A stretch of 32,584 nt of DNA from an uncultured archaeon (GTDB taxonomy: Archaea; Asgardarchaeota; Heimdallarchaeia; Heimdallarchaeales; Kariarchaeaceae): assembly GCA_964645535.1 (NCBI GenBank), contig CAZYCQ010000012.1, positions 31,521 to 64,104 on the forward strand. The letters run 5' to 3'. The notes under the pieces are model-generated. The model ran no database searches and had not been told where the DNA came from. It saw nothing but the letters and a program-made list of their open reading frames with translations. Position numbers and translations under genes: made by a program. This document shows, piece by piece, positions 1-7,693 of this stretch. How positions within the stretch are numbered: position 1 is the stretch's first letter; every line of letters begins with the position of its first letter.

Positions 1-959
1 TCATTAACATCACCATTGCTTTTTTGGGAGTGGCAACCACACTGATCAAAATTGCCAGTCAATTCAATCCCGATATCCGCCCTGAATCTCCTATTGAAGA
101 GATGTCTGCCACCATCGGTTGGATATTGATCCTTTTTCTTGTTCCAATTGTTCTCACTCCGATTATTCCTGTGGTCTGGGCAATGGAGGATCTTAGGCTA
201 AAGGCTTGGCACAAAAAAAAGAAGGTGAATTGGAGGGTTGCAGACAAATATCGGGTAAAGTTCAATAGTTTCATTGCTGTAGGAGCCGTTACAGCAGGCT
301 TAACTTTATCCCAAAACCCTAATCTCTCTTTTTTGGACAATGCCTTCCTCTTTGTCTCGCTTCTTGGAAATGGAATGATCCTTCTAACTTTCCCTCTCTC
401 ATTGCTTGTCGCAGCATATTACCTTTATTTCCGTGGAGAAATCACCGAAAAGACCCTTAAAAGGTTGGATGTTCCTACAGCAATGACTGAGCTCATTTTT
501 GATGTGGAAAAATACAAGACCATGAGCAAAAAACTTGAATTTTACGAGAAAGAAGAAGCCAAAAGGTTGCAAAGAGAAAAAAGGGCAAAAAAGATGGCCG
601 AACGCCGGAGCAAGGTTGCAGGCATTTTCAAGAACCCATTCGGACGGAACAAAGCCATTTCTTCCCCAGATTCTGATGTTTCAGACCTTCCACCGTCAGA
701 TGATGTCATTGCCCTTGAAAATGAGGGTTTTTCTGAAGCTATAGAAGTGGAACACGACGATTCACCTGTAGAAAATAATCCTCCTACCAAAGCGACCTCA
801 TCTAAAGAAAATAAAGAAAGAAAAGTTGTATCAGCTCTGAAAGCTCCTCCGCGTGTAGCCAAGAACTTCTTGGGTACATTGGGTTCAAAAGGTAAAAGTG
901 GGCTTGGAAAAATAAGAAAACCCTTTAGAAAAGAAAGTGATCCTGATGAAAATTCCTGA
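1..959 (+). CDS. Multi-pass membrane protein of unknown function, 5'-truncated by the window, with charged coiled-coil and disordered C-terminal tail
   Basis: The frame is open from position 3 with no stop before 24, so the true start is probably upstream. It has several hydrophobic segments (e.g. IGWILILFLVPIVLTPII), then a K/E/R-rich helix and a low-complexity S/D/E/P/K tail. Confidence 0.7.
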   Translation, partial: INITIAFLGVATTLIKIASQFNPDIRPESPIEEMSATIGWILILFLVPIVLTPIIPVVWAMEDLRLKAWHKKKKVNWRVADKYRVKFNSFIAVGAVTAGLTLSQNPNLSFLDNAFLFVSLLGNGMILLTFPLSLLVAAYYLYFRGEITEKTLKRLDVPTAMTELIFDVEKYKTMSKKLEFYEKEEAKRLQREKRAKKMAERRSKVAGIFKNPFGRNKAISSPDSDVSDLPPSDDVIALENEGFSEAIEVEHDDSPVENNPPTKATSSKENKERKVVSALKAPPRVAKNFLGTLGSKGKSGLGKIRKPFRKESDPDENS

Positions 960-1058
960 TTTTCTCCGGTAGGGATGGCGGATTGGGGGAATTCGCTGTA
1001 TAGCTCAAATAGAATTTCTTTTTAAGGTCTTTGTCTAACAGTAATATGAAACATCACC

Positions 1059-3008
1059 ATGATAAATGCAAATGGAAGCTCATCAATCTTGGATATCGAT
1101 TTCCACGATACCAGTGAGATCAGTGTTCCACCGAAACTAATTGACCAAGTCTTGGGTCAGGATAAAGCTGTCAGAATAATTCGGAAGGCTGCCCTTCAAG
1201 GAAGACACGTCATGCTCATCGGGGAACCTGGCACTGGTAAGTCCCTCTTAGGTGCTGCGACAGCCGAACTTCTCCCAAAGGATACTTTGGAAGACATTCT
1301 CGTCGTAGCGAATCCAAAAAATCCCAATAATCCTCGAATAATTACTTTACCTTCAGGAGAAGGGAGGGCAAGGGTTGAAATTGCTCAAGAAAGAGCAAGA
1401 AAGCAGGAAAGCACAAAAAACCTCATTGCAATCCTTATACCTCTTTCTTTGATTTTTCTCTTTGGTTTATTGTCTGGATGGGAGGTCAATGCGCTCATAT
1501 GGGCCACTTTGGTTGCCCTGTTCGCCTTCATGGTACTGAATAGTGTACGAGGGAGGAGTGAATTCTTAGTTCCCAAAATCCTTGTGGATACCTCGCAATC
1601 AGATACCGCACCATTTGTTGATGCAACTGGTGCCCATAGTGGTGCGCTTTTGGGAGATGTCCGACATGACCCCTTCCAATCAGGAGGGTTGGGAACGCCT
1701 GCTCATGAACGAGTTGAAGTAGGTCTTATCCATAAGGCCAACAAAGGTATTCTCTATATTGATGAAGTGGGGACTTTGAATATCAAGACTCAACAGAAAC
1801 TTTTGACTGCCCTTCAAGAAAAGAAATTCCCTATCACCGGACAAAGTGAACTCTCTTCTGGTGCAATGGTTCGTACTGAACCAGTTCCTTGTAACTTCAT
1901 TTTGATTGCCGCGGGCAACCAAGAAACGATAAGGAACCTACATCCTGCTTTGAGGTCCCGGATCCGAGGACAGGGTTACGAAATCGTCATGGAAACAACC
2001 ATGGAAGACAATATGGCAAATAGGAGAAAACTTGCCCGTTTTGTCTCTCAAGAAGTTGCAAAAGACCATAAGATTCCTCATTTCACGAAGGCTGCTGTCG
2101 AGCAGGTCATTTTTGAAGCTCAGAGGAGAGCCGGAAGGCCCAATTCACTCACTCTTCTGCTGAGGGATCTTGGTGGTCTGGTAAGGACCGCTGGAGATTT
2201 GGCGGTAGAACGTGGCCATGCCTTGGTGACTGCACAGGACGTTCTTGATGCACGACACCTTGCAGTAACATTGGAAAACCAACTCAGCCTCCAACTCCTT
2301 GAAGCAAGAAAAGACTACGAACTTTTCGAGGTCAATAAGGGTATGGTTGGGCGAGTCAATGGGTTGGCAGTCTACGGAAACAGTGCTGGTTCCGTCATGC
2401 CAATTGAAGCAGCTATCACTCCTGCTTCCATGATTGGCGCTGGAAGAATCTATGCGACAGGTCAACTCAGAGTTATTGCTAGAGAATCCGTCCAGAACAT
2501 TTCTGCATTGGTCAAGACTTATCTAGGAAAGGACATTGCAAATCACGACATTCATATTCAATTCGTTGGAGTCCATGGTGTGGATGGAGATTCAGCTTCA
2601 ATCACTATCGCCACCGCCATAGTGTCGGCCATTGAAGACGCTCCCGTCAGACAAGATACCGCAATGACAGGATCTCTTAGTGTCCGAGGTCAAGTTCTTC
2701 CAATTGGAGGTGTGACCTACAAAGCTGAAGCTGCTGCAAGAGTGGGTATCAAACGGGTCATTATTCCACATCAGAACCTCAAGGACTTGAAGCTTGATCC
2801 ACAGTTTGCTGACAAGCTCGAAATCATCCCAGTCAAATCATTTGATGAGGTTCTGCGTGCTGCATTAATCCCTGAATATAGTTATGTTGCAGACAAGTTT
2901 GCGACCAAATACAATAAAACTGAAAAGAAGCCAATCAATCCACCTGAAGAGGATGATTTGGTTATTGTCAAGGGAAGCAAAGAAAATCATTCCGTTCCCA
3001 CAGCCTAA
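1059..3008 (+). CDS. lonB: Archaeal ATP-dependent protease LonB (membrane-anchored)
   Basis: N-terminal IDQVLGQ, Walker A GEPGTGKS, two TM helices inserted in the AAA+ domain, GALLGDVRHDPFQSGGLGTP, Walker B LYIDE, catalytic Ser in DGDSAS and Lys in IGGVTYK. TATA-like TTTTTAAG at 1019-1026. Confidence 0.97.
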   Translation: MINANGSSSILDIDFHDTSEISVPPKLIDQVLGQDKAVRIIRKAALQGRHVMLIGEPGTGKSLLGAATAELLPKDTLEDILVVANPKNPNNPRIITLPSGEGRARVEIAQERARKQESTKNLIAILIPLSLIFLFGLLSGWEVNALIWATLVALFAFMVLNSVRGRSEFLVPKILVDTSQSDTAPFVDATGAHSGALLGDVRHDPFQSGGLGTPAHERVEVGLIHKANKGILYIDEVGTLNIKTQQKLLTALQEKKFPITGQSELSSGAMVRTEPVPCNFILIAAGNQETIRNLHPALRSRIRGQGYEIVMETTMEDNMANRRKLARFVSQEVAKDHKIPHFTKAAVEQVIFEAQRRAGRPNSLTLLLRDLGGLVRTAGDLAVERGHALVTAQDVLDARHLAVTLENQLSLQLLEARKDYELFEVNKGMVGRVNGLAVYGNSAGSVMPIEAAITPASMIGAGRIYATGQLRVIARESVQNISALVKTYLGKDIANHDIHIQFVGVHGVDGDSASITIATAIVSAIEDAPVRQDTAMTGSLSVRGQVLPIGGVTYKAEAAARVGIKRVIIPHQNLKDLKLDPQFADKLEIIPVKSFDEVLRAALIPEYSYVADKFATKYNKTEKKPINPPEEDDLVIVKGSKENHSVPTA

Positions 3009-3011
3009 AAT

Positions 3012-3365
3012 ATGCCTCTTTTTGAGGTAATGTGCATGGCCGCATCCGGTTACTATCGGCAAACTGAACTTTTTTTCACATATCTTATCGAAGGTGAAGA
3101 AGACATTGACTTTGCAGAGCTTGATTTACGCGCTCATGACCTGATTGGGGATCTTAACGCAATAGAACCCAATAGGGATGTAAGTTTTGAGCTTGATTAT
3201 CTAGGTGTTGGAGGTGAGGCCGAGTTTCTCTTTGGATTCAAGAGGGCATGGGATGATCGAGAAAGCGATCTTCTGGATTATCTTGATGAAGTGCAGAAAA
3301 CCATTGAGAATGGTCTCCCTGTCATCGTTTCGGAAAGGCAGACCATCAGCATTGTTCCCGTCTGA
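3012..3365 (+). CDS. Small acidic hypothetical protein, possibly ferredoxin-like (beta-alpha-beta-beta-alpha-beta) fold; true start may be ATG 3030 or 3036
   Basis: Starts 3 nt after the lonB stop. GAGGT SD-like motif at about 3024-3028 precedes ATG 3036. Natural-looking amphipathic pattern, strongly acidic. Confidence 0.7.
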   Translation: MPLFEVMCMAASGYYRQTELFFTYLIEGEEDIDFAELDLRAHDLIGDLNAIEPNRDVSFELDYLGVGGEAEFLFGFKRAWDDRESDLLDYLDEVQKTIENGLPVIVSERQTISIVPV

Positions 3366-3406
3366 TCCCTCTGAGAGAGAAAACCGAAAGTATTTTTTCA
3401 TCCGAG

Positions 3407-3414
3407 TTTAAATA
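3407..3414 (+). promoter_or_regulatory. Putative archaeal TATA box (TTTAAATA) for the zinc-ribbon gene and its leader
   Basis: Matches the archaeal TATA consensus in the 3366-3534 intergenic region. It would place the TSS near 3435-3440, just 5' of the structured leader. Confidence 0.5.
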
Positions 3415-3441
3415 CCCAATTCACCAGTAAGAAACAGTGGC

Positions 3442-3529
3442 TCACTGAGAGTGACTTCACCGAAAGTATTCCGCCCCGCACAAATTCCCGATGTATATCC
3501 TACCACGGGGCGAATACTTCGGAAGGTGA
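3442..3529 (+). ncRNA. Putative structured 5' leader / cis-regulatory RNA
   Basis: Small hairpin TCACT-GAG-AGTGA (3442-3454). Long imperfect stem CCGAAAGTATTCCGCCCCG (3460-3478) pairs with CGGGGCGAATACTTCGG (3506-3522). TCACC (3457-3461) is complementary to the SD-like GGTGA (3525-3529). Confidence 0.5.
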
Positions 3530-3534
3530 TTATC

Positions 3535-3774
3535 ATGAAAGAAAAAATAATGTCCGAAACCCAACAGTTCTCTCCTTCTTTTGAAGAAGTTCTCAAAACG
3601 GTTCTCGAAATCCTGGAAATGAATCTCGAAGAAAATGGCATTCATCCATGCTTCAGTTCTCCCATCGAGGTGGATGATCCCTGCAAAAATTGCGGAAACA
3701 ATTTCATCACAGAACTTTATGCACTTGGTGCTTTTGCCTGTCTTGAATGTGGAAGATTACTTGAGAGTCAATAA
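3535..3774 (+). CDS. Small protein with C-terminal TFIIB/TFB-type zinc ribbon
   Basis: ATG 3535 is preceded by AGGTGA (alternative ATG 3550). CKNC-x15-CLECG has TFB zinc-ribbon spacing. N-terminal acidic amphipathic helix FEEVLKTVLEILE. Confidence 0.7.
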   Translation: MKEKIMSETQQFSPSFEEVLKTVLEILEMNLEENGIHPCFSSPIEVDDPCKNCGNNFITELYALGAFACLECGRLLESQ

Positions 3775-5169
3775 TGCTTCTTTTTTCATCATCTTTCCCA
3801 AATCAAAAATGCTTTCAATGGCAAGTAGTTCACCAAGTTCCTTGTTTGTACTCAGGATATCCTTGTCCGATAATTGGGTGATCGAATATTTTCCAAGTGA
3901 CGCAGTAAGCAACTGTGTCTCAACCTTAATTCCTTCAATGAAATTTCTGATTAGATGTATGGATTGCTTCGATGGCTTTCTTATTTTTGAAACTAGTTCT
4001 CCGATGAGCTTATTTCTGTACATTTCTTTTCCGATGTAATGTTCCGCAAATCGAAAGCTGTAACCTGCGATCAGGAAAGGTCTTCCCATTGCAATTCCGT
4101 CGAGTCCCAAAGCTCTTGTTTTAACGACATCACTTCCTGTAGTCATTCTTCCCGAGAGGACAACACTTACTCGCGGGTTCCGTTCCTTAAAGCGCTTGGC
4201 AATGGCCGCACATACGACTGTTGGAAGGCCGACATGTTGTAGTGCTACCGACGGGCTCATTCCTGTTCCTCCTTCTTTGCCGTCAATGGTAACACAATCA
4301 ATTGCAGCGATTTCCGCAATTTCCAGAACTCTTTCCAAATCACGATAAGGTCCGGTTTTCAACCAGATTCTTGCTCTAGGATAATCATTCTTGAGTTTCA
4401 ATAACCTGTTTTTCAAAATTTCTTCTGTGAAGATATCTGGTGCTGAATGCCTTTCATAAAATTCCTGTTCTACCTCAAGTGGATCTGGATGGATGTAATA
4501 TGTCTCCCGCATTTCCAAGGCTTTTTTCCTGTCAATTATTTTTTCTCCTCCCATCCCCGCCTTTGCACCTTGACCTGCCTTGACCTCGAATGCGATGAGT
4601 CCTTCCTCAAAGTATTGTTTAAAATCGGGATCGGAATAAATTTTGTTCCACAACTCATTAGCCGCATCTTCTTCATTCTGTTGTATGACAACACCACCTG
4701 TGCCTCGAAAGCTATCAAAGTATGCTAGTATTCGTTCTTTCAGGGATGGCTGTTTGGGATCTTTGCGAACATCATATCCCCATGTCGCTGCGACGTTTTC
4801 CCCTATTCCATAAATAATTCCTTCGGCAGCACATGCCCTAGCTGCAAAAGGTGCCAATCTGTTCCATACCTCTGGACTTCCCATGGATGCTTGAATCAGT
4901 GGGATTGATGTTCTAAACCCACCTATCTCACATGAAAGGTCTACATCAAAGAAAACAGGTTCCCTCACCAGCAATTCAATGGCCTTTTCCAACCGCAGAG
5001 GTGTGAACTGGGGTGGAATTATCAGAATATCATCCAAGGTCGGAAACCTTGTGGTAATTTTTGTGATGTCTGCTCCCATGATCGAAAGGCGAGATGTGTC
5101 TGATTGTTTTGGATAGATCATTCTTCTGCCATGGCGGGCTCGTTCGATAATTGATCTGTACGGATACAT
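3757..5169 (-). CDS. FMN-binding glutamate synthase (GltB domain 2)-like TIM-barrel oxidoreductase
   Basis: Motifs QASMGS, IGENV, EVKAGQGAKAGMGG, RHSAPD, VTIDGKEGGTG, HVGLP, SGRMTTGSDVVKTRALG and MGRPFL. Likely start is ATG 5169 (MYPYR) with a GGTGAT SD-like motif just after the asnA stop; the ORF track extends to 5244. Confidence 0.85.
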   Translation of the reverse strand: MYPYRSIIERARHGRRMIYPKQSDTSRLSIMGADITKITTRFPTLDDILIIPPQFTPLRLEKAIELLVREPVFFDVDLSCEIGGFRTSIPLIQASMGSPEVWNRLAPFAARACAAEGIIYGIGENVAATWGYDVRKDPKQPSLKERILAYFDSFRGTGGVVIQQNEEDAANELWNKIYSDPDFKQYFEEGLIAFEVKAGQGAKAGMGGEKIIDRKKALEMRETYYIHPDPLEVEQEFYERHSAPDIFTEEILKNRLLKLKNDYPRARIWLKTGPYRDLERVLEIAEIAAIDCVTIDGKEGGTGMSPSVALQHVGLPTVVCAAIAKRFKERNPRVSVVLSGRMTTGSDVVKTRALGLDGIAMGRPFLIAGYSFRFAEHYIGKEMYRNKLIGELVSKIRKPSKQSIHLIRNFIEGIKVETQLLTASLGKYSITQLSDKDILSTNKELGELLAIESIFDLGKMMKKEALLTLK

Positions 5170-5177
5170 ACCATCAC

Positions 5178-6296
5178 CTATGGGGTAAACATACCTGGAA
5201 TCCTTGGATACGGGAGCGTCATATAGATGGACGGAAGTCCACAAAAATAGCGGACTGTTCTTTCAAGACCAATTCCAAATCCCGCTGTAGGTTTTCCATG
5301 TCGTTTGAGAAATTCGAGATACCATTGGTATTTCTGGAGACTTTCTCCACTTTCCTTCATCCTTGGAATTACTTTTCTGACATCATATTCTCTAGCGGCA
5401 CCGGAGATTGCTTCCCCATAGCCGAAGGGAAAAATCAGATCAAAATCCATAAGATATCCTGGTTTATCTGGATACTCACGATCATAGAATCCTCGTGCGC
5501 CCTTTGGATAATCATGGATGAAAAACGGTTCTTCATGGAGTGTGGAAATCAACCACTCATATTCCCATGGGATTTCTGCCTTGGGTTGGATGTTTTTTGG
5601 TTTAATTCCAAAAACCTCCCTGATTTTTTGAACAATTTCCGGATTTTCATCTAGTTTTGTCTGAAGCAACTCAACGATATCGGCATGAGTATACCGTTTG
5701 AATTTTCCTTTGATTTTTGGGACTTCCTTGAATGGGATCAGTCCCCTTTCTTCCCCTTTGTCCCCAAAGTGTTTCCAAATGGGTTGTAACAGCTCTTCAT
5801 GTTGAGCCATTGTTTGATGAAGGTATGTCACCAATCCTTCAGCAACGTCCATTGCCACGAAATGGTCAGCATCCACTATTTCTAGGTCAACCTGAACAAA
5901 TTCCACAAGATGCCTATCCGTGCTTGCAGTTTCAATAGGTTCAAGCCTCAAGTTATCTGCAAAGAAGAATATTTTCCCGTCTTTTCCTGCCATCTGTCTT
6001 GAAATGCTGAGAAGTTGCTTATACAAGATTGCACTGCTCATGAATTTGTATGTTGTCCCATAAAATCCAATTTCTACCTGTTTTGCACCTCTGATGCCTG
6101 GATCTGTGACTGGGCCAATCAATGGCGGTTTGAATTCAAGAAATCCTTCTTTTCGAAGATAATCCCTCATATATTGACTGATGAGGTCATAAGCTTCGAA
6201 TATCTTCTGAATAACTGGTTTTCCGATTGCCTGTCCAATATCTTCTTGGATTGATGCAAGGTGGTCTTTTTGAGTGTTATTCTGAAGTGTTTCCAT
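5178..6296 (-). CDS. asnA: Archaeal ammonia-dependent asparagine synthetase A (AsnRS/AspRS catalytic-domain paralog lacking the anticodon OB domain)
   Basis: Class II aaRS motifs: GFLEFKPPLIGPVTDPG (motif 1), LRLE...RHLVEFVQVDLE (motif 2) and AGFGIGLER (motif 3). Also MSSAILYKQ and GEAISGAARE. No N-terminal OB fold. Confidence 0.85.
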   Translation of the reverse strand: METLQNNTQKDHLASIQEDIGQAIGKPVIQKIFEAYDLISQYMRDYLRKEGFLEFKPPLIGPVTDPGIRGAKQVEIGFYGTTYKFMSSAILYKQLLSISRQMAGKDGKIFFFADNLRLEPIETASTDRHLVEFVQVDLEIVDADHFVAMDVAEGLVTYLHQTMAQHEELLQPIWKHFGDKGEERGLIPFKEVPKIKGKFKRYTHADIVELLQTKLDENPEIVQKIREVFGIKPKNIQPKAEIPWEYEWLISTLHEEPFFIHDYPKGARGFYDREYPDKPGYLMDFDLIFPFGYGEAISGAAREYDVRKVIPRMKESGESLQKYQWYLEFLKRHGKPTAGFGIGLERTVRYFCGLPSIYMTLPYPRIPGMFTP

Positions 6297-6375
6297 ATTT
6301 CCCTATTTTCATTGATAAATTTAAATGTTTTCTAATATTGTGTTTATTAATTTGTATTATGTCTATAATTGATCA

Positions 6376-6395
6376 TAAAAATTGGAAAATTTCCA
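6376..6395 (-). terminator. Inverted repeat plus T-run just downstream of cdc6 (possible terminator or operator)
   Basis: TGGAAA-A-TTTCCA at 6383-6395 is a perfect inverted repeat. On the minus strand it lies 5 nt after the cdc6 stop and is followed by ATTTTT. Confidence 0.35.
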
Positions 6396-6400
6396 GATCT

Positions 6401-7603
6401 CTATGCCCTGATTTTCTTTTTGATTGCTTCTTCTACCCGTTCCTTGACAATAATTGCAGGAATGTCATGGAGGGTGATAATTGATCTTCTCCCTCTCGAT
6501 CCATCTGGCATGGGTTTTACCTGTGTAACCACTATTCCCAATTGGGCAAGGTTATCCAAATAGATCCGAAATGTTGCCTTCGATTGTCCTTTTAGCTGAT
6601 ATGTCTCACAGTACATTTTATAGACTTGATATGCTTCATTAATTGTTGTTTGAACAACTCCTCCACCTTTTGAAAGAATCGTTGCAATGGAAAGGGCAAC
6701 CACCAGTTCATTAATCTTCAGATCATTAAACACATCCGGTCGGAGTTCAGGATAGACTTCATTTTTTGCTGCCCTGACAAATTCCGGAGTAATTATGGAT
6801 GACTTTTTGGCGTTGGCAATCATGCCGCATCGAAGCATAATTTCAATTCCATGTCTAGCATTTCCTGTTGTGGCAGCAATGTCCACAATCATGTCCAAAA
6901 CCTCGTCACTAATGACCCCCGCATAGAAGCCCAATTGTGCACGATATCTGAGGATGGTCTCCAATTGTTCCCGAGTGTATTTGGGCATATTGATCTGATC
7001 TTGCACTCTACCCGACAAATGCGTATTGAGCATTAACGACCACTGTTGTCTGCGGGTTATGATAATTATTGAGACCCTTCCTTCACCCGGAGGGAACAAT
7101 TCATTCATGTGAATCAATCCAAGAATATCTTCTCCCCTAAGCATCCCTGCTTCGTCAATTGTTAACACGATCCGTTTATTTTCCCTTGAAAGTTTCTTTG
7201 CAAGCATTTCCATCATTTCCTCATCGCTGAAACCTCTTCCTTGGACATTTGTGAAACCGTCTGTCACAAGTCTTCTAAGTATTGATGTCTTAGTTCTGAA
7301 AGAATGGCAGTTGACATATTGGGTATCCAAGTTGATGTTCAATGATTCAGCATAACTTTTCAAATCCTTGGTGATCCTTTTGGCCAAAGTGGTCTTACCA
7401 ACGCCTGCTGGACCAATGATGGCAATGTTTACTGCTACTGGTCGGAACGGATCCAATAGAATGGAAAGAGCTTCAACCATTCTCGTTTGTTCATCTTCCC
7501 TTCCCGGCATCTCATCAGGAACAAATTCTGGAGTTAGTGTAAAGCGATCCTTGAAAACCGAATCAGTTGAGTATTTCTCGAATAGGTTCGTCAATACTTC
7601 CAA
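6401..7603 (-). CDS. cdc6: Cdc6/Orc1 replication initiator
   Basis: N-terminal FVPDEMPGREDE, Walker A GPAGVGKTT, YVNC, Walker B LTIDEA, YTREQLETILRYR, sensor-2 GNARHGIEIM, and a C-terminal winged helix (YLDNLAQLGIV...GSRGRRS). Confidence 0.96.
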   Translation of the reverse strand: MEVLTNLFEKYSTDSVFKDRFTLTPEFVPDEMPGREDEQTRMVEALSILLDPFRPVAVNIAIIGPAGVGKTTLAKRITKDLKSYAESLNINLDTQYVNCHSFRTKTSILRRLVTDGFTNVQGRGFSDEEMMEMLAKKLSRENKRIVLTIDEAGMLRGEDILGLIHMNELFPPGEGRVSIIIITRRQQWSLMLNTHLSGRVQDQINMPKYTREQLETILRYRAQLGFYAGVISDEVLDMIVDIAATTGNARHGIEIMLRCGMIANAKKSSIITPEFVRAAKNEVYPELRPDVFNDLKINELVVALSIATILSKGGGVVQTTINEAYQVYKMYCETYQLKGQSKATFRIYLDNLAQLGIVVTQVKPMPDGSRGRRSIITLHDIPAIIVKERVEEAIKKKIRA

Positions 7604-7693
7604 TAGGTCAAACGAAAATAAAAAGTAATTGGAGAGATGATTAAAAGTGAATTAAAATTGAATTAAATTTGTGTCTTTGGGGGTTGACTGATG

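Noticed and set aside
3369-3529. TPP or glycine riboswitch, or hammerhead ribozyme (CTGAGA and CCGAA/GAAA motifs)
   Set aside because: It lacks the remaining TPP core (ACCTGA...GGGA), the CUGANGA hammerhead core is not matched, and the downstream gene is unrelated to these ligands.
3451-3534. N-terminal extension of the zinc-ribbon ORF from GTG 3451
   Set aside because: It overlaps the hairpin region, and a good SD precedes ATG 3535.
5170-5244. 67-nt overlap or fusion of asnA and the GltB-like ORF
   Set aside because: ATG 5169 with an SD-like motif right after the asnA stop explains the arrangement, and no slippery site is evident.
5178-6296. True asparaginyl/aspartyl-tRNA synthetase or EpmA
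   Set aside because: There is no anticodon-binding domain, and the TDPG and SAILYKQ motifs fit archaeal AsnA.
6297-7693. Canonical replication origin (ORB boxes) flanking cdc6
   Set aside because: No TCCAxxGGA(A) core with a G-string was found on either side, and both spacers are only about 90-100 bp.
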